This document shows positions 1-6,937 of a stretch of 13,485 nucleotides of DNA, piece after piece; the first letter of the stretch is position 1; the number at the start of each line of letters is the position of its first letter. Position numbers and translations under genes: made by a program. Location: contig CBDCWG010000003.1 of assembly GCA_965223345.1 (NCBI GenBank), positions 1 to 13,485 of the forward strand. Reading direction: 5' to 3'. A model generated the notes under the pieces. That model worked only from the letters and a program-made list of their open reading frames with translations. It was not told the DNA's origin and searched no databases. This DNA comes from Nitrospinales bacterium. GTDB lineage: Bacteria; Nitrospinota; Nitrospinia; Nitrospinales; VA-1.

Positions 1-637
1 TGGTGGAATTCGCCAAGCGGTTCGACGGGCTCGAGGTCATCAATTTCGGCGGCGGCCTGCCGTACCAGTACGACCCGAACCAGCCGCAGGAGGACATCTC
101 CGGCTACCGGGCGATTCTGGAAGAACGCACGGCGATTCTCGAACAGCACTTCGGCCGCAAGATCGTCTGCGAGATCGAGCCGGACGGCGGTTCGTCGCGG
201 GCTGCGGCACGATTCTCGGGAGGTGCGCTCGCTCAACCACACCTTCGACGAGGACGGCAAACGGCTGGACTACGTGCTGGTGAACGTGGGGCTTTGCCAT
301 CTGATCCCGGCCGATGGCCTACGGTTCCGTTTCACCCCATCCAGTTCGTCGGCGACGAGCTGGGACCGGAACAGGATCTCATTGTGGCCGGACCGGTGTG
401 CGAGTCCGGCGACGTGCTGACGCAGAAGAACGAAGAGCCGGTCCGCGCAGGCTGCCGATGCCGAAAGTGGGGGATCTCATTCTGGTGGGCGGCGCCGGCG
501 CGTACGGTTTCGCCATGGCGTCCAACTACAACTCGCAGCCGCTGATCCCGGAGGTGGTGGTGGACGGCGACAGTTTCACGCTGACTCGCAGACGGCAGAC
601 CCTCGAAGATGTGATGCGGGAAGAGCAGGGGATCTGA
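1..637 (+). CDS. lysA: Diaminopimelate decarboxylase, 3' part (5'-truncated by the window; about 5 apparent single-base frameshifts)
   Basis: Joining frames at ~182, ~220, ~307, ~328 and ~444 gives a continuous fold-type III PLP decarboxylase C-terminus: INFGGGL, IEP-GRRFV, LIRPMAYG, VAGPVCESGD, GAGAYGFAMASNYNS, RRRQTLED. Stop TGA at 635-637. Confidence 0.88.
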
Positions 638-671
638 ATCACTCCAGAAAGCCGGCACCCTCATATAAAAG

Positions 672-1070
672 ATGTCTGAAATCACACCCCTGCTGCGATT
701 TCCGGGCGCCAAAAGACACGACCCTGACATTAGACGCCTGGCTTGAAAATGACTTAAACCAACTCTACGCGGTTGCGCGATTCTGGTTTAAACGCATGCG
801 TGAATGCGGCGGCGATGTCCGCGAACTCATGCATGACGGATGTCCGACCGTCTGCGTGGGCGATGCGGCGTTTGCCTATGTGAATGTCTTCAAGGCGCAT
901 ATGAATGTCGGGTTTTCCTGGGCGCGTTCATGGAAGACCCGAACGGTTTTGCTTGAAGGCACCGAAAACGGATGCGGCATGTGAAAATCAGGCCCGGCAA
1001 GGAGGTGGATGAAGAAGAGCTAGGAAAACTCGTGAAAGCGAGCTATGAGATTGTCAAAAAGCACTCCTGA
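672..1070 (+). CDS. DUF1801-like (YdhG-like) protein, ~132 aa, with 4 apparent single-base indels
   Basis: ATG at 672. Joining frames at ~731, ~915, ~948 and ~964 gives MSEITPLLRFPGAKRHDP..DAWLE..WFKRMRECGGDVRELMHDGCPTVCVGDAAFAYVNVFKAHMNVGFFLGAFMEDPNGLLEGTGKRMRHVKIRPG..., ending at TGA 1068-1070. GFF.GA.L.DP.GLLEGTGK.MRHVK is typical of DUF1801 proteins. Confidence 0.75.
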
Positions 1071-1110
1071 GCCTTGATGTCTTCCCCTGTGTGGAAATTA
1101 AATCTTGTTC

Positions 1111-1152
1111 ACTCGCAGGCGGCAGATGCTCGACGACACGCTGCGCGAGGAA
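1111..1152 (+). repeat. Diverged direct copy of the lysA 3' end (remnant)
   Basis: 1111-1152 aligns ungapped to 584-625 at 31/42 nt. It translates TRRRQMLDDTLREE versus TRRRQTLEDVMREE (10/14 identical). Confidence 0.8.
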
Positions 1153-1218
1153 ACAGAGTGGATTCTAAAAAAAGAATTGGACAGGATTGACAGGATAAAA
1201 AAGCCGAAAAGCAGTGGA

Positions 1219-1470
1219 ATCGCGCAAAGCCGCTAAGACGCTAAGCCCTCCCTCACCTCGATCCTCTCCCCCCGGAGTGGGGAGAGGAGAAAAATGCCAA
1301 GGGGACAGGAAGCGGGAGTTGAAAACGGGAAGAGCTTCCAGAATATCCTTCTTCTCTAAACGGAGAGTTTGTGCAAGGCTCGACACCCGATTGTTTTATA
1401 CGGGATGAGGTTCGAAGATTTATCCTGCCTGCCTTTTGGTTTTCTTTGCGTCTTCGCGGCTTTGCGCGAT
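1219..1470. repeat. Long-range inverted repeat pair (27-bp arms, 25/27 identical)
   Basis: 1219-1245 ATCGCGCAAAGCCGCTAAGACGCTAAG versus the reverse complement of 1444-1470, ATCGCGCAAAGCCGCGAAGACGCAAAG. Confidence 0.85.
1250..1288. repeat. REP-like palindromic unit (CCCTCACC...CCTCTCCC-loop-GGGAGAGG type)
   Basis: Perfect 10-bp stem TCCTCTCCCC (1262-1271) / GGGGAGAGGA (1279-1288) with a 7-nt loop, preceded by CCCTCACC. It lies between convergent genes. Confidence 0.7.
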
Positions 1471-1530
1471 GATTTATTATCCGCTTTTCGTCCTGTCTGA
1501 ATTTTCTCAAATTCGCCGGCCTTGATCATT

Positions 1531-1836
1531 TCAAAACAGCGCATCCACCTTCTGGGCCATCTGCACGTCGGCCAGGGTGACGCCGCTTGCGGTGTGGGTC
1601 CAGTAGCGCACGGTGACGCGCTTGTAGTGGATGAAGATGTCCGGATGATGATTGTTTTCCTCGGCCAGCTCCGCCACCTTGTGGACAAAATCGATGCCTT
1701 CCATGTACTTGCGGGCGTGCTTGACCCGCTCGATGTAAGGGACGCCCTTGTCGTTTTTCCCGGTTTTCCACTCCGGCGCCATTGCCTTCAGTTTTTCGTC
1801 CAGTTCGGTTTCGGTCAATGCGGTTTTTTCCACCAT
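1531..1836 (-). CDS. phhB: Pterin-4-alpha-carbinolamine dehydratase (PhhB/PCD family), 101 aa
   Basis: Catalytic motif AEENNHHPDI...Y...YWTH..SGVT.AD. AGGAG Shine-Dalgarno lies 8 nt upstream of ATG 1836. Confidence 0.9.
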   Translation of the reverse strand: MVEKTALTETELDEKLKAMAPEWKTGKNDKGVPYIERVKHARKYMEGIDFVHKVAELAEENNHHPDIFIHYKRVTVRYWTHTASGVTLADVQMAQKVDALF

Positions 1837-2075
1837 GTTCGCCACTCCTGATCGTTGCGTTCGCAATGGGGATATTCCGCGTGAATGATTGCGGGAAACC
1901 CCTTTCGTCGTTTGATTTTGAGAGGATCTTTGTTAAGTTAAAAAATTATAACAGAAACGCGCTCTCGCACCATTGCGGCGCCGGATTTTCCGCGTATGCG
2001 GTTTCCTTCCTGGAAAGCGGATGCAGCGACGCCGGAGACGGAACGAACCTTTTGGACCCCAAGTTGAGGAAACCC

Positions 2076-2867
2076 ATGAAGACCATCAAATTCCTGCTAT
2101 CCATCGCTCTTATTCTCACCGTCGTGTCCGGTGTTCAGGCTAAAGAGGAAGGCGTCAGAATGTTCGGCATCGAGGAGGCGACCATTCATTATAAAATGGA
2201 AGGGTCGATGAACGGCACGCGCGTTCAGTATTTTAAGGATTACGGCAAGCAGCTCGCGGAAGAGATGAGATCCGAAATGAACATCATGGGCATGTCCGTG
2301 AAGCAGCACAACCGGACCATCACGCAGGGACCCTGGGTGGTGAGCATCGATCTGGAAAAGAACACCGCGTCGCGCATGCGCAATCCCATGTACGAGCAGA
2401 TCAAGAAAAGCGCCGCGGCCGGGAAGGGCAAAAAAGCCTCGGAGCGTTACATGAAGGCGATGGGCGGCACGGACACGGGCAAAACCGCGAAATACGCCGG
2501 TGAGAAATGCCGCATCTGGGACGTTCCCCGTTTTGTTTCGAAAATGTGCGTCACCGACGACGGGCTGCCGGTCTGGCATGAGAGCAACGTTGCGGGCATG
2601 AAGAGCACGCACGTCGCCACGAAGATCATCAAGGGCGATCCGGGGCCGGCCAGCGTCTATGAAGTCCCCAAGGGCATGACGGTCACGGAGGAGAAAATGC
2701 CCGACCTCAGCCAGCTTCAGGAGATGCGCAAGCACCGCGGCAAGGTGATGCAGGAGATGCAGCGGGAGCGGGAAAACAACCCGGATGCCGCGCAGATGCC
2801 CGATATGAGAGATATGCCGGACATCAACAAGCTGATGGAGATGTTCAAGCCCAAGGGACAGAACTGA
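2076..2867 (+). CDS. Secreted/periplasmic protein of unknown function (DUF4412-like), 263 aa
   Basis: GAGGA RBS before ATG 2076. Sec signal peptide MKTIKFLLSIALILTVVSGVQA. TGKTAKYAGEKCRIW and YEVPKG resemble the G....I.G..C..Y and F.vP.g motifs of DUF4412-like proteins. The C-terminus is Met-rich. Confidence 0.7.
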   Translation: MKTIKFLLSIALILTVVSGVQAKEEGVRMFGIEEATIHYKMEGSMNGTRVQYFKDYGKQLAEEMRSEMNIMGMSVKQHNRTITQGPWVVSIDLEKNTASRMRNPMYEQIKKSAAAGKGKKASERYMKAMGGTDTGKTAKYAGEKCRIWDVPRFVSKMCVTDDGLPVWHESNVAGMKSTHVATKIIKGDPGPASVYEVPKGMTVTEEKMPDLSQLQEMRKHRGKVMQEMQRERENNPDAAQMPDMRDMPDINKLMEMFKPKGQN

Positions 2868-2878
2868 CCGGAGAAAAC

Positions 2879-3598
2879 CTGGCTGAAACCGGAAAAGATG
2901 CCGTCCGCAAACTGATCTGGAAGCACCTGCGCGAGGCCAGGCTCGCGCGCTTTCCGTTTCCCGTCGATCACCGCATTCCCAATTTCAAGGGCGCCGAAGC
3001 CGCCGCGCAGCGGCTCGCGGAAGAACCGTTCTACCGCGATGCGCGCATCCTGAAGTGCAATCCGGACAGCCCGCAGCGGCCGCTGCGTCTTAAAGCGCTC
3101 GAGGACGGCAAAACCGTGTACATGGCGGTGCCGCGCCTGCGCGCAAGGGAATGCTTTGTGCGCCTCGATCCCGATCGAATCGACCCTGAAAATTTCAAAT
3201 CCGCCGCCAGCATTGCCGGAGCGGAAACATTCGGCGAACCGGTGCGTCCGGATCAAATGACCAAAATCGATCTCATCATCGCGGGTTCGGTGGCGGTGCG
3301 GGAAAACGGTGCGCGGGTGGGGAAGGGCGGCGGTTACTCGGACCTGGAATTCGCCATCGCCGCGGAACTCGGAATCGTGACGCGGGAAACGAGGATCGTC
3401 ACCACGGTACACGACGATCAGGTGGTGCAGGAAGACTGGCCGGTCGCGCCGTACGACATCCCGCTGGATTGCATCGTCACGCCGACGCGGACGATCTCGT
3501 GCAAGGACCGGCATCCGCGGCCGAAAGGGATCCTGTGGGATCTTCTAAAAGAAGAAATGCTGAACTCGATTCCAATTTTGCAGGAATGGAAAAAATAG
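2879..3598 (+). CDS. 5-formyltetrahydrofolate cyclo-ligase paralog (MTHFSD/COG0212 type), ~239 aa, probable CTG start
   Basis: The frame is open and conserved far upstream of the GTG at 3116: KDAVRKLIW...ARFPFPVDHRIPNFKGA...KCNPDSPQRPLR...YMAVPRLR, later GARVGKGGGYSDLE, TTVHDDQV and YDIPLDCIVTP. GGAG at 2870-2873 precedes CTG 2879. Confidence 0.85.
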   Translation: MAETGKDAVRKLIWKHLREARLARFPFPVDHRIPNFKGAEAAAQRLAEEPFYRDARILKCNPDSPQRPLRLKALEDGKTVYMAVPRLRARECFVRLDPDRIDPENFKSAASIAGAETFGEPVRPDQMTKIDLIIAGSVAVRENGARVGKGGGYSDLEFAIAAELGIVTRETRIVTTVHDDQVVQEDWPVAPYDIPLDCIVTPTRTISCKDRHPRPKGILWDLLKEEMLNSIPILQEWKK

Positions 3599-3601
3599 TA
3601 T

Positions 3602-4423
3602 TCAGCCTGGCTTTGTTGCTTTGAAGGCGATGGCCTGCAGCGGAATTTTCAGCGGGCGCGGACCGAATTCGTCTTCGATGGCTTGAGCGACGGCTTTCGT
3701 GACCTCGCTTGCTTTCGCAATCGCCCGTTCGTTGATCTCGATGATACCGGGATTGCCTTCCACCAATCCCCTGGCGACATGAACGGGGTCCAGTCCCTCT
3801 ATCGTTTCAGACACGATATCAAACTCGATATTGTGAAACCCCGCCTGGGCCAGCAGATTTTTTATGGGATCGATATCATAAAAACCGAAGGGGGTTTTCA
3901 AAAACTTCGGCGGTTCGTCGTCGAAAAATCCGGAGATCGTTTCGTGAGCGATCGCAACGCATTTATTCTGTTCGAATGAATCCCACACGTTGAACGCCAG
4001 CCGTCCACCGGGCTTGAGGACCCGGCTCATTTCAGTCAACGCTTTCAGCTTGTCGGGAAAGAACATGATGCCGAACTGGCACAACACCAGGTCGAATTCT
4101 AAATCCTCGAACGGCAGCGCCATCGCATCCGCGATCTCAAACGTGACCCCCGGTAAATGCCCCTGCTTTTTTTGGGCGTGTTCGATCATGGCGCCGTTGA
4201 GATCGGTTGCCAGGATCACCGCCGTTTCGGGCGACGCCTTGCGGAAATGGTTTGTGGCGATACCGGTGCCGCAGGCCACTTCGAGTATTTTGCTGTGGGA
4301 AGCGATGTGGTCCCGAACTCGGGAAGCCAGATCCTTCGCCGTGAACTCGAACAGCAAGGGGCCGAGATACGTGTCGTAGATTTCCGGAATCGTTCCTGTG
4401 AATTGTGAGTGGGACTGACTCAT
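3602..4423 (-). CDS. Class I SAM-dependent methyltransferase (UbiE/Methyltransf_11-like), 273 aa
   Basis: FTGTIPEIYDTYLGPLLF N-terminus, motif I ILEVACGTG, TDLN..M, ADAMALPFED..FDLVLCQFGIMFFPD, RVLKPGG. Confidence 0.9.
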   Translation of the reverse strand: MSQSHSQFTGTIPEIYDTYLGPLLFEFTAKDLASRVRDHIASHSKILEVACGTGIATNHFRKASPETAVILATDLNGAMIEHAQKKQGHLPGVTFEIADAMALPFEDLEFDLVLCQFGIMFFPDKLKALTEMSRVLKPGGRLAFNVWDSFEQNKCVAIAHETISGFFDDEPPKFLKTPFGFYDIDPIKNLLAQAGFHNIEFDIVSETIEGLDPVHVARGLVEGNPGIIEINERAIAKASEVTKAVAQAIEDEFGPRPLKIPLQAIAFKATKPG

Positions 4424-4491
4424 GACTTTCAATGGCAGTTGCAGATTCTGCAACCGCAACGGCTCCTGCGTGGTTGTGACCGGGAGTGGAA

Positions 4492-4520
4492 ATACTACAC
4501 CAAAATCCGCACCGGTGCAA
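4492..4520 (-). promoter_or_regulatory. Putative sigma70 promoter of the methyltransferase gene
   Basis: Minus strand TTGCAC (4520-4515), 17-nt spacer, TAGTAT (4497-4492). Confidence 0.5.
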
Positions 4521-4568
4521 AACCGACGCGGATGACGGCCTGCTGCATTTTCTCATTCCGTCCCCCCT

Positions 4569-4826
4569 TCATTCCTTGATCAATAAATCCAGTTTCTTGC
4601 GCAGGGTCACGGGGTGGACTTTGTAGACGAACGTGTCCTCGCCGTTGATTCTCAGGACGGGGATCTTTTCCTTGTAGGCCGCGAACAGTCCGGCGTCGGT
4701 GGTGATGTCGGTCAGGGTGAGGTCCGCCGGGTAGGCGGGCAGGACCTGACGCACGACGTCTTTGGCGTCGTCGCAGAGGGGGCAGTCGTCTTTGGTCAGG
4801 ATTTCAAGCTGGATGCGGCCGGCCAT
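4569..4826 (-). CDS. Glutaredoxin-like protein (DUF836 family), 85 aa
   Basis: LTKDDCPLCDDAK CxxC motif and DI..D..L...Y...IPVL.ING, typical of DUF836. No signal peptide. Starts 4 nt after the cytochrome b stop. Confidence 0.88.
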   Translation of the reverse strand: MAGRIQLEILTKDDCPLCDDAKDVVRQVLPAYPADLTLTDITTDAGLFAAYKEKIPVLRINGEDTFVYKVHPVTLRKKLDLLIKE

Positions 4827-4830
4827 GCGG

Positions 4831-5844
4831 CTACATGGTGTGGGTCATGGTGGTGACTTTGCCCCAGATGATGAGCCCGACCATCAGGACGACCATGAAG
4901 ATCACGAACGCGGTGGCGATGGGGCGTTTCTGCCAGCGGCGTTCCTCGCTGCGGTCGATGAAGGGGATGATCACCAGGATGCCGACCAGCGCAAGCGGCG
5001 CCACCACGAGAAACGGCACCCACAGGTTTTCCAGCGCGTACAGCCACACGAACTGCCACGGCGGCTTGGTGACTTCCAGCCCCGGTATCGGCTTGTCTCC
5101 AAGCGGCGGCGCGATGAGCAGCGCCAGGATGCAGATGAGCAGAAACACGCCGGCTCCGCCGCGTCTCAGGTACGCCATGTGCTGGGTGAACTTGATGGTC
5201 CGGCCGCCTTCGGGTTTGTCCGGCAGCGGCGAGAGCTTGTGGTACTTGATGTAGAACATGTGCAGGCCCAGCAGCATCACGGTGATGAGCGGCAGCAGCG
5301 AGATGTGCGCCATGTAGATGCGCGAGAGCAGCGGCACGCCCTGGGCGAATTTTTCGGTGAACGGCGCGCCGAAAATGCCCATGCCCTCGACCACCCAGAG
5401 GAAGTGGTCCAGCGCTTCGTAGGCTTCCTGGTCCCACTTGAGCACGGTGCCGGTGAACAGCAGGTTCACCATCATCAGCAGCAGCGCGACGCCGATGAGC
5501 CAGTTGACCTCACGCGGTTTTTTGTAGGCGGCGGTCCAGAACACGCGCAGCATGTGCAGGACGAGCGTCACGGTGAGCACCTCCGCCGCCCAGAAATGGA
5601 TGCCGCGCACAAACCAGCCCAGATAGATCTGATCGTTCAGGTAGTGCAGGCTCTGGTTGGCGCGCTCGGGGTCGGGGATGTAAAACTGCGCCAGCAGGAT
5701 GCCGCTCAGCACCAGGATGGTGAAGGCGGAGGCGGTCATGCCGCCGAGGGAATACGGGATCGTGTTGGCGTGCTCCTCGATGTCGTATTCGAGCAGTTGC
5801 AGGCCGAGGCGTTCCTTGATGATCTGCGTGATGCCGTTCGCCAT
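4831..5844 (-). CDS. Cytochrome b of the Rieske/cytb (bc1/b6f) family, unsplit, 337 aa
   Basis: [26 protein letters not shown]...[20 protein letters not shown] and [15 protein letters not shown] give four heme-ligating His. The Qo-motif position reads KPPWQF. Confidence 0.9.
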   Translation of the reverse strand: MANGITQIIKERLGLQLLEYDIEEHANTIPYSLGGMTASAFTILVLSGILLAQFYIPDPERANQSLHYLNDQIYLGWFVRGIHFWAAEVLTVTLVLHMLRVFWTAAYKKPREVNWLIGVALLLMMVNLLFTGTVLKWDQEAYEALDHFLWVVEGMGIFGAPFTEKFAQGVPLLSRIYMAHISLLPLITVMLLGLHMFYIKYHKLSPLPDKPEGGRTIKFTQHMAYLRRGGAGVFLLICILALLIAPPLGDKPIPGLEVTKPPWQFVWLYALENLWVPFLVVAPLALVGILVIIPFIDRSEERRWQKRPIATAFVIFMVVLMVGLIIWGKVTTMTHTM

Positions 5845-5906
5845 CGCTGTATGGGGTGACCCGGCTCGCCGGGTGATGGATCAGGTTCAATCCCGGAGAC
5901 CGGGAA

Positions 5907-6365
5907 TCATTCGTTGGGCCGTTTGAAGCTCAGAAATCCGAACAGCAGTCCGGACAGCACCGTGATCGCCGCCGCCACGCCGTAGCCCTTGGAAGCGGGG
6001 GAAACCATCTCGTGCTCGGCGAGCTCGACTTCCGGCATGTTGTGATCCGCGTGCCCGCCGCCGCTGTGATCGTCGTGCTGCATCAACTCCATGTCCATCG
6101 CCGGCGCTTCGCCGCCCAGAAGATCCTGCCCGGAAAAAAGATCCGGGCTGTCCATCGCTTCGCCTTCGGCGTCCGCGGCATAGATCGAATCGGCTGCCGG
6201 GCCTGCGTCTTCTTCTCCTGCAGCGTAGATGGAATCCATCGCCGCGGGCGCTTCCGCTTCCACGGCCGCGGCCTCTTCCTCCTCGTGCTGGTGGCCGCCG
6301 TGCGCGAAAGCCTGCGCGGCGGTGAAAAACAACGCGATTGCCAGAGCCAGAGTGCAGGGTTTCAT
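5907..6365 (-). CDS. Exported, C-terminally membrane-anchored His/Met/acidic-rich protein (putative metal-binding), 152 aa
   Basis: Signal peptide ending AQAFA, mature N-terminus HGGHQHEEEE, internal MELMQHDDHSGGGHADHNM, C-terminal hydrophobic helix GYGVAAAITVLSGLLFGFLSF followed by KR. Starts 1 nt after the TlpA stop. Confidence 0.75.
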   Translation of the reverse strand: MKPCTLALAIALFFTAAQAFAHGGHQHEEEEAAAVEAEAPAAMDSIYAAGEEDAGPAADSIYAADAEGEAMDSPDLFSGQDLLGGEAPAMDMELMQHDDHSGGGHADHNMPEVELAEHEMVSPASKGYGVAAAITVLSGLLFGFLSFKRPNE

Positions 6366-6366
6366 A

Positions 6367-6930
6367 TCAGCTCTCCAGGACGATCCGCGCGAACGCTTCC
6401 ATCATCTCGTCGGTGGCCCAGTCGTCCGGACCGATCTTCTTGTAGATGATGAGCCCGTCGCGGTTGACGATGAAAGTTTCGGGAACGCCGGTGGTTTTGT
6501 AGCGCTGCTTGGCGATTTCGCTTTCCGGGTCCAGCAGCACCGGGAAGGTCAGGTTGTATTTGTCCATGAACGGCTGGATCAGCGATGGGTCCTTGTCGAT
6601 GCTGATGGTCAGCATCTCGAAGCCGTCATCTTTGTAGCGCTGGTAGAGTTTTTCCATCGAGGGCATCTCCACCTCGCAGGTGCCGCACCAGGTGGCCCAG
6701 AAATTGATGAACACCACCTTGCCGCGGTAGTCCAGCAGGTTCACCTTGCCGCCGGTGAGCGATTCCAGCTCGAAATTGGGCGCGAGAAAGGACACCGAGG
6801 GGTATTCCGTCTTGCCCGGTTCCAGCGGCTGCTTGTTCAGCGTGATGATGAAGATGGAGAGCAGCGCCGTCACCAGCAGCGCGTAGGGGATGTAAATGCC
6901 GACGGGTTTCTGTTCGATTGCGTTTTCCAT
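6367..6930 (-). CDS. TlpA/ResA-family membrane-anchored thiol-disulfide reductase, 187 aa
   Basis: N-terminal TM helix, APNFEL..L.G..V.L.DYRGKVVFINFWATWCGTCEVEMP, and cis-Pro loop GVPETFIV. Confidence 0.92.
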   Translation of the reverse strand: MENAIEQKPVGIYIPYALLVTALLSIFIITLNKQPLEPGKTEYPSVSFLAPNFELESLTGGKVNLLDYRGKVVFINFWATWCGTCEVEMPSMEKLYQRYKDDGFEMLTISIDKDPSLIQPFMDKYNLTFPVLLDPESEIAKQRYKTTGVPETFIVNRDGLIIYKKIGPDDWATDEMMEAFARIVLES

Positions 6931-6937
6931 GGTTCTA

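Noticed and set aside
180..970. Programmed ribosomal frameshifting in lysA or the DUF1801 gene
   Set aside because: There are too many shifts, in both directions, with no slippery heptamers. Sequencing error is more parsimonious.
1126..1236. 36-aa ORF MLDDTLREETEWILKKELDRIDRIKKPKSSGIAQSR
   Set aside because: It is explained by the lysA-tail remnant running into repeat DNA, and it has no RBS.
1171..1510. CRISPR array
   Set aside because: The repeats are inverted or very short tandem units, not regularly spaced direct repeats, and no cas genes are present.
1857..1867. 11-mer GCGTTCGCAAT shared with 8362-8372, both upstream of minus-strand genes
   Set aside because: An 11-nt match is readily expected by chance in a window this size, and no further shared context is visible.
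1782..2075. N-terminal extension of the 361-aa ORF
   Set aside because: It overlaps phhB and AT-rich promoter DNA. The RBS and signal peptide place the start at 2076.
4762..5859. Long antisense or alternate-frame ORFs (e.g. 4762-5859 +, 6229-7053 +, 2717-3514 -, 8333-9082 -, 10508-11584 -, 12328-13239 -)
   Set aside because: They are shadows of well-supported genes, expected from high-GC codon bias, and show no recognisable motifs.
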